A DNA stretch of 64,000 bases, taken from Macrostomum lignano. Taxonomy: Eukaryota. The position numbers and the translations under genes were made by a program. Shown in pieces: positions 1 to 14,066 of this stretch. The notes under the pieces were generated by a model. That model was not told where the DNA came from, did not search any database, and saw only the letters and a program-made list of their open reading frames with translations. Location: the NCBI GenBank assembly GCA_002269645.1, contig NIVC01002845.1, positions 1 through 64,000 on the forward strand, given 5' to 3'. Positions within the stretch are counted from its first letter, which is position 1. Each line of letters starts with the position of its first letter.

Positions 1-2364
1 ACAGCCATGCGATGGCGGAGTCAATAAAATAATGAATCTGCAGCCGGCCCTGTCTCCAGCCTCTCTCTTCATCATCACTCTTCTCCTCTACATCAAGACA
101 TTCGTATTGTCTTGCTTTCCCTGTTTCTTCACTATATTGTGGGTCCTTGGCCCCTCCCTCGCGGCCAGGCCCATGGCAAACTAACTGCATTCGGACCCAG
201 GGGCTTAACAAGGAGCCTGGACAAAGTTTGATGATGGGCCGAGGGCCGCGGAGACACGCGCGCTGCAACTGCAGGGGACGAGAGAGAACCGACGGACGCT
301 CCCTGCAGCCCCTCCGATCGGAGAATTAAGTGACATTCAAGACCTTGTCTTCGCTTTCAGTATAGGGGAAAGGGCGCGACGTTAATTTGTAGTTTCTAGG
401 AAACCCGGGTGTTTACGGAACAGACGGACTGGGGAGGCCTTGCAATCCGAACAGATTCGGGAGACAGGCCGATGGGCCGCCGGTTCTGCAGACGTCCACT
501 GAAGCTGGCGCGGAGTCACTGGACCGGACGGAACTCTGGGGATTTTGCAGCAACATCGGAGCGATGGACAGCGCGGGGCAAAGAAAACAGACCGACAGTG
601 CTGCAGACAGCCGGACCTCCAGTTCAAGATTCATCGAAGACAATTTCTGGAAGTCTTTATAAATTAATTCTCCTGCAGTTCCAAGGCGTCATCAAAAGCT
701 TAGAATTTGTACAATCAAATTTTATCAAAGAGCTTATAGGAAGTGGGGCGTCTAGTTAGCAGAATCCAGCAGGTGTTGTGTAGCAAAACCCGGCCTGCGC
801 GACGTGTTCAACTTTTGAATTGGTTCCACAGGCGATAACAACACTGGCTAAAGATGTGTCCGGAAGCGAGTCCTCATCAACAAAGCTGTAAATTCTTGAA
901 CTGAAGTTCGCTTCAGTCCTTAGGGGAGCGACTGCTGCAACCCGGGGCGAATCGAAAAGCAGAAAATGTCGACCTTAAAAAGAATTTCGTTTTGCCTGAG
1001 ACACGTGCAGAGGTGTCAGGAGGGACACAAGCGAAAACAACAAAGTCAGTAGGCAACAGGCCGCACAGCAGGCCAAATATAAGACTAAATATCGATAGAT
1101 TAAACAAACATTTCGTTACATGCATGGGGAGTTGGAGTTGGGATGCCGGCAGGACCGCTGCATGCACCGCCGTGTTTATCCCGGCGTGAGGGGCTGTATC
1201 GAACCCCTTCAGACCTTGTAGGCACCTGTTGGAACGCAGGAAAAAACAGAATTATCAGCCACGCGTGCGAACGAAATCGGATGTCCCAATTCCAGCCGAA
1301 ATCAATTTGATATTTATTTATGCTTATTCGGGCAAGTCTTCATCATTTCAAGTCTTCAGCTGAAGCTGCGTCGTCCGCACCGGAGTTCGTTGTCGTGGTG
1401 ACGGAAGCTGCCCTTCTCCCTCGACTTTGGCCGCATTTGATCGCGTGACTGCGGCAAGCAGACGGTTGCTGTGCCATCCAGCAGTTGCCATGCTCAAGCA
1501 GTACTTGGCCGCGAGATATCCTACTCCCCAGTCTCCTTAGATTTAAAACCCTCCCGTCTTGCCGACAATTTCACAACTCCCCGCTGCCACTCGGCAGGTG
1601 AGAAAACTGCAGCATGCCTCTCCCAAAGCAGTTGTGGCAGGAATTTCCTCTCCCGCAGTCTGCACGCGGTGCCAGAAAAAATGCTAAAACTCGGGGCGAG
1701 AGAACGGCGCAGGGATAAAGAGACCGGCCGCGGGTCCAGCGCCGATAAGCGCCTATCCGTTGCCATCCCAGTTGCCCGTGGTTGCCAGGTTGCAGGCTCT
1801 GGCGGCTCCCGGAAGCAATTATGCCATGCCAAGGCTGCAACCGATCACCTTCCCACGCCCAGCACCCCGGGCGGTACAAGACAAGTTGACAGAACAGATC
1901 CCATCCCGGCCTGATAGATGGCTGATAAAGCCCGCTTACTCGTTGCTAAGTTGGGGACTGTGCAGATTTAAGGGGCTGGCAGGGCATTCCCCCGAAACAA
2001 GGCGGAACACGAGAGTCTGAAGAGGTCCAAGCCGCATGGATTTTCATTGACATCAATATTGCTCCGTGTGTTCCAGAAGTTCATTGTTTTCCATTTCTAC
2101 CTTTAAAAGCATTGGGTTACCTCTGGGTTTCCGCTCTCGCCTCGGCACTGCAGGCCCTCCGAAATGCCCACTGCTGTATGGAATCATTGAACTGCATCCA
2201 ACTCAGCGAGAGAGCGTGGAACTGCACCTGCACCGCCACCCACCGGAATCAAAATATCCTTGGGAGTAATGTAGGGACATTTCTGCCTTGACCAGCGCCT
2301 GTGATTTATCTTGTTTACCTAACCTTTGCCATGGGAACCCGACCAGCACCTCCGCCTCCTCTGG

Positions 2365-2981
<617 letters not shown>

Positions 2982-5925
2982 ACACAACAGCACCACAGAG
3001 CGATCAGTATTCTCATCAGATCACGAGCTTCAGTGGGAAATAGTTTAGAAAAAGCCAGCAAAATCTGCATGACAGAGGCGGGCAGCTTCGATACAAGCCT
3101 AATTGCCAAACTGCGAAATTCGTCAGGCAGAGCAGCCTGGGCTCGCACATCACATGTGTCAGTGGCAGGCAGCCGGGGGGGGGGGGCGCAGCAGCAGTTC
3201 TTCAATGTCACTATCGCAGCTTCCGGGCTCATTAATCGCTTTTTTCTCATTATCCAAATCGGGGGATTTCAGGGCAGGCCGGGACTGCCACCGCCCTCCT
3301 TCCCAGCCTGCTGTAACCTTCTCCGCCACACCCACTCGACTTTCTGTGACCGAGGGGAGGGGGCAGCGGGGATTGTAAAGGTGTCATTAGCTTAAGGCGG
3401 AATAAGTGGAGCCGAAAGCAGTTCAAGATCGGCCCGCAGTGATTGGAAGCAGAGCTGCTGCAGATTTCTAGAAAATAATAGGATGTTGGGAACCGGGCAT
3501 GAGGAATAACAAGGTGGAACGGGCGGCTTGTGTGCAGTCATAACAGCAGATGACAGCCATGATGCCGACAAGTAGGCGGTCTTCAGCGGGAAACTCTTTC
3601 AGGGGAAGAAGTGGCTGGGATTTGGATTGAGGGGAGATTTTTACGGTGAACCGGGCAGGCGCAGGGACACGCGCGGCCGGCATCACTTGGGGTTCGGGTT
3701 GCGGGATTCTCTCAGCCTTTAATCATGATTTATCCCGCTCGCCAGCGGAGGCCACCGGCCCGGCAAAGGCGCCTTCCGTGCCAGGAGGAGGGCTGCTGCT
3801 GCTGCTGCTGGAAGCGAAAGAAATCTGCGGAACAAAAATTGAACCACGAAGATGCTGATGATGATGATGCTTATCCAGCGAGAAGGCGGGATTTCTCTCC
3901 CAATCCTCTCCAACCCCCCCCCCACGTCTTGGTCAGCTCGCGCGGCAAGACGCGCCGGGGCTCCCGTCAGGTGCCGCAGCCATCGCTAGATGGCATCAAG
4001 ATCCCGCCAGCTTGATTGGCAATATAAAAAGAGCCCAGCCGCGGTGCGGGGGGGGGTCCAGTTGTAGACTGTTAGAGACGCAATCAATTCGGAGGCCGGT
4101 GTTGCCCCAGAAATTCCGAAGCCGGCCTTCAATCTCTTTTGCTGTTTCCTTGATTTCTTCTCTAATCCGCGGGCCCGGCCATCACCGGTCACTGGGGCCT
4201 CTCGGTTCCGCGCCGGTCGTCTTGTTTTCGCTGCCAGGTTCCCAGGTCTTAATGAGGTCTCCTCGCGGCCACTACAGCACCTTGGCCACGAGTTCGCACC
4301 CCCCTACCCCCTACGCATTCCCAGATCCCGCCTGCCCGAGCGGTGGAAAAACTTGTCGGCTCCCCTTCTATTTTTCATTCTGAGGCAGCCACTAGAAGAG
4401 AGAGAGAGGGGATAAGGCGGGAAACTTGGGGATATTTTCTTTAGGGAAAAGCTTTCGAGCCGCGCAGTCATAAATGTGCAGTTTTTCATAAGCGCCCCCC
4501 CCCCCCCACCTACTAAATAAGACTGGCACGGAGGCCGCGGTTTTTAATATCCGAGCGCGACTCCGCGGAGCGCAACCTGTTGCTGAATAATCCGGCCGGT
4601 GTCCCCCCGCCTCCCGCCCTGCCGCTACTTCAAATTAAAGATTTCGCAATTTGGCTGAACCGCCCCTGGCCTAAGGATGAACTCCGACTTCTGCTCCTGA
4701 TTGCGAGGGTTTGCCCTCCGCCTCATCTGCTGCTCCTCCTTGCCGTCCCACAGACCGAGGGGTGGCGGGGGGCATAAAAAGTCGAATGCGGAAGCATTTA
4801 TCATAATATCCCCTGATTGTTATGCGGGACAGGCCTGCGGGACACCCGGCCCGTGTCTCTCTGAGTCGGGCGCCGGCTCAGTCGTAAAAAACGGCACCCG
4901 ATTCCCAGAGCCAGCGCCAGGGATTGGGAGGAGGGTAGGAAGACGCCAGAATTAAGATGAGGGATTCCCAGAACTGGGGGGAGGAGGCTGGGCCGGAGGA
5001 AAATCGAACACTTTCGGTCTCTCAGCCGCAGATGGCTGGAGCACTGGCATGACATGCAGCGGCCTGCCGGCCAGTTGGATGAAAAGCCGCGATTTTTTCA
5101 GCTCCGGGTGGCGAAAGACGTGAGGCGGCATCAAGTGGAGGCTGAGCTCCATCTCAAGGTGGCCACTTAGCCGCACAGGAGGGTCTCCCGCGCCCCCTCC
5201 CGCTAAAACAATTAGCGTGAAAGGCGGGTCCTAAATCTGCTCCGTCTATGGGAGTATCGGAGGCTGATCCCAGGGATATTTCTCCCACTCTGGGTTCGAC
5301 ATGGCCGTGTCATAGCCGGGCCACCGAGCTGCTCCCAGATCCCCTTCGGGCTCCGGAGCCCCCGCCACCCCTCAGTCAGGCAAAATTATTCCCAAGAGGC
5401 TGGTGCCGGCTGAGACGGGAATTAATCCCGGCCGGCACCCTCTCCCACATCGCCCAGCCACCAAGCCTCATCAGTCATCCGCGCGGGGGTCCGGCTGCCT
5501 CATCCTGCAGCAGCCCGCAATGCCCCGCCCGACAACAATCTGTGCGGCAGGGGAGAAGATCTCCTGACTGATGCCGCGGCTGACCTTGCGACACCGCCGG
5601 AGTCAAACATTGATACAGCGGCGGGAAAGTAGAGAGAAAAAAAGCAGAAGAAGCCGCCAGAAGATGCTGCAAGTGGCTTCATCACAAATCTCTTGGCTTA
5701 ATCCTGCCCGCCCCGAACTCCGAGCTGGAGAGCGAAGGCGGTGTTTACTCAGTTCAATTATCCGGGCAAACACTGCGCCTGCTCAGCCCCTCTGCCGGCC
5801 ACTCAATCGCTTGCAGACACTCGGGCTGAGCAACTGACGCTGGCAAACAGCGGGGGTGCCAGGGGATTAAGGGCCAGATTGTCAGAATCTGTTAGTTTTT
5901 TCTCTTTCCATCCGAAAATCCGCAG

Positions 5926-6028
5926 GGCCTGCGATGCCAGAGCGCCGGCTGCGGCTGCGACCGCTTCAGCCCGGACGGCCGGCACCCGAGACAGTGCGAC
6001 ACCTGCCAGCACGGCTGGATCTACCACG
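5926..6028 (+). CDS. BNC2: Basonuclin/disco-related C2H2 factor, first identifiable coding exon (Cys/His N-terminal motif)
   Basis: Acceptor aaaatccgcag| and donor |gtgagg. Translates GLRCQSAGCGCDRFSPDGRHPRQCDTCQHGWIYH, matching the basonuclin motif (ISCTLVNCTCECFQPG...CDQCKHGWVAH). Phase-1 end fits the next exon. No upstream ATG exon identified. Confidence 0.9.
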
Positions 6029-6049
6029 GTGAGGCACCGCGGCCGGCTT

Positions 6050-6472
6050 GTGTGTCACTGAGCACTGTCATTGAGAAAGTGTGTCACTGATTGAGAAAGT
6101 GTGTCACTGATTGAGAAAGTGTGTCACTGAGCACTGTCATTGAGAAAGTGTGTCACTGATTGAGATAAAGTGTGTCACTGATCGAGAAAGTGTGTCACTG
6201 ATTGAGAGAGTGTGTCACTGATTGAGAAAGTGTGTCACTGATTGAGATAAAGTGTGTCACTGATCGAGAAAGTGTGTCACTGATTGAGAGAAAGTGTGTC
6301 ACTGATTGAGAGAAAGTGTGTCACTGATTGAGAGAAGTGTGTCACTGATTGAGAGAGTGTGTCACTGATTGAGATAAAGTGTGTCACTGATCGAGAAAGT
6401 GTGTCACTGATTGAGAGAGTGTGTCACTGATTGAGAAAGTGTGTCACTGATTGAGAAAATGCGTCACTGATT
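6050..6472. repeat. ~20-bp minisatellite (gtgtgtcactgattgagaaa) at the 5' end of BNC intron 6029-9449
   Basis: About 20 tandem copies starting ~20 nt after the donor. Confidence 0.95.
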
Positions 6473-8514
6473 GAGCCATGACACGAATTGGTGTCAGGGA
6501 CAGGTGCACCCAGTCCAGCATTTGAGCTCAGGTAACTTCAAATCAGGCAGCAATTTGCCGGAAAAAAGAATCGCAAACCGCGGCTCTCGTCAGAAATTGG
6601 AAAAATTAGCGCAAAAAAATAGTTCAAGCTAAAGAGCGATGCAAATCGGCCGCGTTCCCGAGGAGACACCAGAATGCGATATGCGAGATGACGTTTGAAA
6701 ACATGGGCAGCAGGCAGGAAAGCATTCCAGAGCTGCTTCTGCTGCTAAGAGGGGCCTCGGAGCCCCAAGCCGAGCTTCGGGATTCCAAAATTTGACAGCC
6801 AAAACCGCGGCAGCTGTCAACTTTAACAAAAGATGCCGCGCGGCCGCTGGGGGACCCTGAGACGCGGAGAGGACTTCTGTTCCCCTCCCAGACCGCAAAC
6901 AAGTGGTGGCCCCCGTGGCCGCCCGTCAGTCCCGTTTGATCCGTCAACTCCCGGAAGAACGTGCGGGCAAAGTGAAGAAAAATGTCCTGCGCAGAGACGA
7001 GAAGACGCCGTCAGTGGCCGCATGTGGCGTCCCGGCGGACGAGCCCCGGACCGCAGTTGTTGGGGCGGCCACGGGGCTGGCGCGCTGCAATTAAAAAACC
7101 CAAGACGCGCAGCCGAGGGCACAAATGGCTTGGCCAGCGCCCGCCCCCCAGCTGAGATAGTTATCTACCTGACGTGTCAGGGACAAGGCCCGGACAGAAC
7201 ATGACACCGCCCTGTCACGGATCCCGGACTCCGGGGGCTTCGCCTCCCCTCTGCCCCATCCCCTGGCCCGTCTGTCTGGCCCAGAATGTCACTGAGGGCC
7301 GGTTGCTGCTGCAGACCATGCAGTCCCAACAGCGACCCGCATCATCAGCCCCAGCCTCCGCTTGTCAAAAAGAGGCCAGTCGCCAGCAACAAGGCTTTGC
7401 TTGTCTTCTTCTTCTGCTTCTGCTGCTTCTTCTAGAAGAAGTCAGCGGAGTTTGCTAATGTCGTTAGGGGCAATTAACCGCGGCTCCTCCCCCGGCAGCA
7501 CCACCTTGCTGAGACGCTGGAAAATATAATTAGGAGAAGTCAGGAAACCAGCGGATCGGGCAGAGAGCGAGAGAGAGAGAGAGAGAGAGAGAAGGCATTG
7601 ACACCCGGATGACAGCGAATTCCTGCAATATTGCGCAGGTAGTGAAAGGAACAGTTTTGAACTCGGATGCGCTGCTGCTGCACATTCAAACTGGAAACCG
7701 AGTTTTTCGCATTCAGCCCCGGGCAGCTTGGTTGACGCGGTCCGGCCGCTCACGGGGTCAAGGCAGGCCTAGACGTAAGCAGAACGGATGAGACACCCAG
7801 GCCCGATTCGTCCCCTACCTGGGAACTCTCTGGGGACGCCGGACCCCCCCGGCTAAGTGGGTGTCCGCGCGGCGGGCCAGCCTCTTTATTCTTCGTTAGC
7901 TCGGCGAGATGCTGCTGACGGCCCGCCGGTCGTGTCGAAATGCCTCCCCAGGGACCGACCTGCTGCCGGCGGCAGGACTGCCGGGAGAGGCAATTGTGAG
8001 GAATTCTTCAACTTGGTCGAAGTCTTGAAAGACGAAATAAGTGAGCGGAGGGGGACTTCCTGGCTCGCCTGGCAACTGGACCTGGTTTTGATAGATGCCG
8101 AGAAAACAGAGGACCAGCGTCACAGCGGGACACTTCCAAGGAGCATGACTTGGACACTTCGGTGGACTGGTGAAGGAGGGTGATCGCTGGCTATGGACAC
8201 CGCCCGCTGATGCTAATCTGGGCCTGCTGGTCCCCGAGAGAGACAAAGAGGGCCAGCGTGCGTGCGAAGCCTTGCGTGTATAATGTGGCCGATCTCGCTG
8301 CGGGAGGCCTTGGTCAATCAATCAGAATCAGGTGTCCGTGCCGCCTGGAGCTACCGAACCGGTTTACCATGCTAAGTCAATAATGGGGCTTCAGATTTGC
8401 CGAATTACCACCGAATTCGATGCTCGGGCATTAGCTGCACCCAGTTGGTAGTTGGCGAAGACAATGATTGCCTGTCGAGCGGTCCGTGCTGCTCACTGAG
8501 TCTAGGGTTAGGGT

Positions 8515-9420
8515 TGGTCACTGAGCTAGGCTGTTAATCACTGAGCTAGGCTGTTTGTCACTGAGCTAGGCTGTTTGTCACTGAGCTAGGCTGTTGGTCA
8601 CTGAGCTAGGCTGTTTGTCACTGAGCTAGGCTGTTGGTCACTGAGCTAGGCTGTTAATCACTGAGCTAGGCTGTTTGTCACTGAGCTAGGCTGTTTGTCA
8701 CTGAGCTAGGCTGTTTGTCACTGAGCTAGGCTGTTGGTCACTGAGCTAGGCTGTTAATCACTGAGCTAGGCTGTTTGTCACTGAGCTAGGCTGTTTGTCA
8801 CTGAGCTAGGCTGTTTGTCACTGAGCTAGGCTGTTTGTCACTGAGCTAGGCTGTTTGTCACTGAGCTAGGCTGTTAATCACTGAGCTAGGCTGTTTGTCA
8901 CTGAGCTAGGCTGTTGGTCACTGAGATAGGCTGTTGGTCACTGAGCTAGGCTGTTGGTCACTGAGATAGGCTGTTGGTCACTGAGCTAGGCTGTTTGTCA
9001 CTGAGCTAGGCTGTTTGTCACTGAGCTAGGCTGTTGGTCACTGAGCTAGGCTGTTAATCATTGAGCTAGGCTGTTGGTCACTGAGATAGGCTGTTGGTCA
9101 CTGAGCTAGGCTGTTGGTCACTGAGATAGGCTGTTGGTCTCTGAGCTAGGCTGTTAATCATTGAGCTAGGCTGTTGGTCACTGAGCTAGGCTGTTAATCA
9201 TTGAGCTAGGCTGTTGGTCACTGAGCTAGGCTGTTAATCATTGAGCTAGGCTGTTGGTCACTGAGATAGGCTGTTGGTCACTGAGATAGGCTGTTGGTCA
9301 CTGAGATAGGCTGTTGGTCACTGAGATAGGCTGTTGGTCACTGAGATAGGCTGTTGGTCATTGAGATAGGCTGTTGGTCACTGAGATAGGCTGTTGGTCA
9401 CTGAGCTAGGCTGTTGGTCA
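8515..9420. repeat. 20-bp minisatellite (ctgagctaggctgttggtca) at the 3' end of the same BNC intron
   Basis: About 45 copies ending ~30 nt before the acceptor at 9449. Confidence 0.97.
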
Positions 9421-9449
9421 CCGACACTTCCGCAATCGGCATCCCGCAG

Positions 9450-9703
9450 TGCTGGACAAGCTGGGCAGCAGCGGCGAGCACCAGCAGCAGCAGCAACAGC
9501 CGGCAGCCTCGGTGGAGCTCGCCCGCCCCAGCCTCGTGTTCGACATCGCCAGCCTCGTTCTGTACGGCACCCAGGCCGCTCCAGTCCGCCTGAAGATCCT
9601 CCTGGACCGCCTGTTCTCCGTGCTGCAGCACAGCGAAGTGCTGCGCATCCTGCACGCCTTCGGCTGGCAGTACGAAGACTACGCCAGGGGGTACATCCTG
9701 CAG
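9450..9703 (+). CDS. BNC2: Basonuclin/disco-related, coding exon (conserved BNC/disco N-terminal domain)
   Basis: atcccgcag|...cag|gtgagg. Encodes (V)LDKL...[55 protein letters not shown], a close match to BNC2 [28 protein letters not shown]. Confidence 0.95.
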
Positions 9704-9832
9704 GTGAGGCAGGGGGGTACATCCTGCAGGTGAGGCGGGGGGGGTACATCCTGCAGGTGAGGGGGGGGTACATCCTGCAGGTGAGGGGGGGTACATCCTG
9801 CAGGTGAGGGGGGGGGTACATCCTGCAGGTGA
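9685..9832 (+). repeat. Tandem amplification of exon end plus 5' splice site (gggggtacatcctgcag|gtgagg), 6 copies
   Basis: Copies differ only in G-run length; candidate donors at 9704, 9730, 9757, 9781, 9804 and 9829. Confidence 0.92.
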
Positions 9833-9934
9833 AGCGGAGGTCTCAGCCAATTTAGCCATCTCCTTCGGATCTATCGATCTCACTTAGATCTATCAGTCCT
9901 TTTTACCTGAACCCTAATTTATGTCTGCCTGAAC

Positions 9935-10383
9935 CCCTCTTTACCTGAACTCCAATGCTCCTGAACTCCAATGCACCTGAACTCCAATGCACCTGAACTC
10001 CAATGCACCTGAACTCCAATGCACCTGAACTCCAATGCACCTGAACTCCAATGCACCTGAACTCCAATGCACCTGAACTCCAATGCACCTGAACTCCAAT
10101 GCACCTGAACTCCAATGCACCTGAACTCCAATGCACCTGAACTCCAATGCACCTGAACTCCAATGCACCTGAACTCCAATGCACCTGAACTCCAATGCAC
10201 CTGAACTCCAATGCACCTGAACTCCAATGCACCTGAACTCCAATGCACCTGAACTCCAATGCACCTGAACTCCAATGCACCTGAACTCCAATGCACCTGA
10301 ACTCCAATGCACCTGAACTCCAATGCACCTGAACTCCAATGCACCTGAACTCCAATGCACCTGAACTCCAATGCACCTGAACC
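9935..10383. repeat. 16-bp minisatellite (cacctgaactccaatg) abutting the BNC acceptor
   Basis: About 28 near-perfect copies running into ...gaaccttcag| at 10388. Confidence 0.97.
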
Positions 10384-10388
10384 TTCAG

Positions 10389-10695
10389 GACAGTCGCGGC
10401 CGCGTCCTCGACGACTGGCAGATGAGCAGCCGCGAGGAGGAGCTGCTCGCCATCCAGCAGCTGCTGCGATTCGGCGAGACGCGGGTCCTGGCGCAGGCCA
10501 TGCTGGCCCAGGAGGGCCGGCTGAGGCAGGAGACTGCTCACGCTGCTGCCGGCCTCATGCAGAGCCTCGCTGCCGCTGCCTCCGCCTATCTGCAGCAGCA
10601 GCAACCTCAGCAGCCTCAGCAGCACCAGCAGCACCTGCTGCACCAGCATCTTCTTCGCCAGCACCATCAGGCTCTCTGCATGCTGCCCAGTCCGA
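10389..10695 (+). CDS. BNC2: Basonuclin/disco-related, coding exon
   Basis: ccttcag|DSRGRVLDDWQMSSREEELLAIQQLLRFGETRVLAQAM (BNC2 has DASGKVLDHW...QQFLRFGETK); donor |gtgagt, phase 1. Confidence 0.93.
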
Positions 10696-10811
10696 GTGAG
10701 TCGAAGCGATGCTATTCTGGCCGAAATAAATTTTTTTTCAATTCAAACTCACATATGCTACTCACATAGCTCAAGATGGTTAGTAGTCTGTGTTAGTTAC
10801 TATCTCTGACT

Positions 10812-12130
10812 GTCACATGGATAATCATGCAAAATCATCACTTGGATAATCACACAAAATCATCACTTGGATAATTACACAAATAGTCACATGGATAATC
10901 ACACACATAGTCACATGGATAATCACACAAATTCATCAGTTGGATAATCACACAAATAGCCACATGGATAATCACACAAATAGCCACATGGATAATCACA
11001 CAAATAGCCACATGGATAATCACACACATAGTCACATGGATAATCGCACAAATAGCCACATGGATAATCACACAAATAGCCACATGGATAATCACACAAA
11101 TAGCCACATGGATAATCACACAAATAGCCACATGGATAATCACACAAATAGCCACATGGATAATCACACACATAGTCACATGGATAATCGCACAAATAGC
11201 CACATGGATAATCACACAAATAGCCACATGGATAATCACACACATAGTCACATGGATAATCACACATATAGCCACATGGATAATCACACAAATAGTCACA
11301 TGGATAATCACACAAATAGTCACATGGATAATCACACACATAGCCACATGGATAATCACACAAATAGTCACATGGATAATCACACAAATAGCCACATGGA
11401 TAATCACACACATAGTCACATGGATAATCACACAAAAAGCCACATGGATAATCACACAAATAGTCACATGGATAATCACACAAATAGTCACATGGATAAT
11501 CACACAAATAGTCACATGGATAATCACACACATAGTCACATGGATAATCACACAAATAGCCACATGGATAATCACACACATAGCCACATGGATAATCACA
11601 CAAATAACCACATGAATAATCACACAAATAGCCACATGGATAATCACACAAATAGCCACATGGATAATCACACAAATAGTCACATGGATAATCACACATA
11701 TAGCCACATGGATAATCACACAAATAGTCACATGGATAATCACACAAATAGTCACATGGATAATCACACACATAGCCACATGGATAATCACACAAATAGT
11801 CACATGGATAATCACACAAATAGCCACATGGATAATCACACACATAGTCACATGGATAATCACACAAAAAGCCACATGGATAATCACACAAATAGTCACA
11901 TGGATAATCACACAAATAGTCACATGGATAATCACACAAATAGTCACATGGATAATCACACACATAGTCACATGGATAATCACACAAATAGCCACATGGA
12001 TAATCACACACATAGCCACATGGATAATCACACAAATAACCACATGAATAATCACACAAATAGCCACATGAATAATCACACAAATAACCACATGGATAAT
12101 CACACAAATAGTCACATGGATAATCACACA
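10812..12130. repeat. 24-bp minisatellite (ggataatcacacaaatagccacat) filling BNC intron 10696-12171
   Basis: About 55 copies with a 432-bp higher-order period. Confidence 0.97.
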
Positions 12131-12171
12131 ATCACTCATCAGCACGGTGGCCACCCAAACCAATCCCGCAG

Positions 12172-14066
12172 CCATCAACTCGGACGTGTCCCCGACGCCG
12201 AAGCCGAAGCGCCCAGCAACCGCCGACGTTGCCTCCGCCTCAGCGGCTGCCGCCGACGCCGTCGTGGCTGCGAAATCGCGTCGCAAGCAGCAGCGCCTCG
12301 GCTGCTCGCCGACTCCTCGGGAACTCAGCGCCGATGCCGACGAGGACGCCGAAGCTGACGCTCAGCCGGAGCAGCGATCGGGACATTCAACAGCCGAAGC
12401 CGAAGCGGGCACCGGAGACGAGGACTGCGAAGAAAAGTGCATCAACGATCTGGAAGATGCTGAGGTCGCCGATAACGGCCAGGTGAAGCCTCCGGAGGAC
12501 GCGGGCAGCGACGCTGACGGCCTGGACGAGCGCGACGACCTGCTGGATGGCGAGGACGAAGAGGGCGAGTACTTGGACGACGGTGAGGAGGTGACTTCAG
12601 ACATCAACCAAGAGGAGCTGCTGGCACCGGACTGCGGCCTGGAGGTGTCCACCACCCCCACGACTTTGCTCAGCGGCGGCGGCAGCGGCGGAGTCGCGTC
12701 CTCCAGCTCGCTGCTGCAGGGCAGCGGCGGGGGCGTCAGCGGGGGAGTCCGCGGCCGGCCCTGCCTGTCGCAGAGCAAGCGCCGGGTGCTGTGCACCGTC
12801 TGCAACAAAACCTTCTGCGACAAGGGCGCGCTGAAGATCCACTACAGCGCCGTGCACCTGAAGGAGATGCACCGCTGCACCATCGCCGGCTGCAGCATGT
12901 GGTTCAGCTCGCGCCGCAGCCGCAACCGGCACTCTGCCAACCCCAACCCGCGGCTGCACATGTCGCACCCAAACCGAAAGCTGCCCGACGGCGCCCGCAT
13001 CGTTGACGACGGCAGCGGGCGCAGCCTGGCCGGCAAGGCGCCAATGCCCAGCAACATCACCAACCCGCCGCTGGTGTCGGCGCCGATCCCCTCCCGCCAG
13101 CTGGACAGCAACATCGCCAAGGAGATCTTCGAGCAGGCCATCCGGTGCGGCAGTCAGCAGCGGCAGCAGCGCCAGCAGCAGAGCCTGGCTTCCATGTCGG
13201 AGGCCTCGGACACCGAGGACGCGGAAGCGGCTCTCGCTGCCAAGCTGGTCTCCGAGGATCCGCCAGCCAGCGACCTGGACTCGGAGGATAAGCTGCAGAG
13301 CCGGGGATCGCAGCAGCACCTGCAGCTCCATCACAGCCTCCTGCAGCAGCAGCCGCCAGCCTGCGGCCTGGACTCTTCGGCCGAGCCGCAGCACCCATGC
13401 GTCATCGAGGGCTGCAACGCCATCTTCCCGTCCAAGCGGAGCCGCGACCGGCACAGCGCCAACCTCAACCTGCACCGGAAGCTGCTGTCCACCAGCGGCG
13501 GCGGCGGCGGCGGCGGCTCCTTCCAGCAGCTGCAGGGCAAGCCGCAGGCGCAGCACCAGCAGCGGCCTTTCCAGCAGCCTTCAGCGGCGGAGGCGGCATT
13601 CAGCGAGTCAGCAACCGCGCAGCTGCCGCCTCCTCCGCCGGCCTTCCTGTCCGGCTTGTTCCCCTTCGGCGGCACTGCGGCGGGGCTGCGGACGGCCGCG
13701 GTTGGAGAGCGCGGCGGAGTCGGCGGCGGCCTTACGTCGACAACGATGGCGCACCCGGGCGCGCACCCACCGCCGCCACCGCCTCCGCCGCCGCCTCCAC
13801 CGTTTTTCCCAGCGGCCGCGGCGGCTGCCGCAGCTGCCGCATATTTTCAGCGCCAGCAGCAGCAGCGCCAGCATCCGGCGTCTGCGGCTGCTGCGGCAGC
13901 TGCCGCTGTGTCTGGCGGACAGCCGCTGCTGCCGCCGCCGAGCTTCGGCTTCCCCCTGCCGTCGATGGCGGCAGCGGCGGCCGCGGCGGCGGCAGCTGCT
14001 GGGGGATTCGGCAGCGGTGTTGGCGGCGGGATGCCCGGATCGTCGGAGAGCCTCCTGTCACCGTGA
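12172..14066 (+). CDS. BNC2: Basonuclin/disco-related, last coding exon with C2H2 zinc fingers
   Basis: Acceptor aatcccgcag| fits phase 1. Contains [56 protein letters not shown] (disco/BNC signature) and [26 protein letters not shown]. Joined exons total 2559 nt in one frame. Confidence 0.95.

Noticed and set aside
10850-12358. 400-480 aa repetitive ORFs ([16 protein letters not shown])
   Set aside because: They arise from the 24-bp intronic array; the spliced BNC model skips it in frame.
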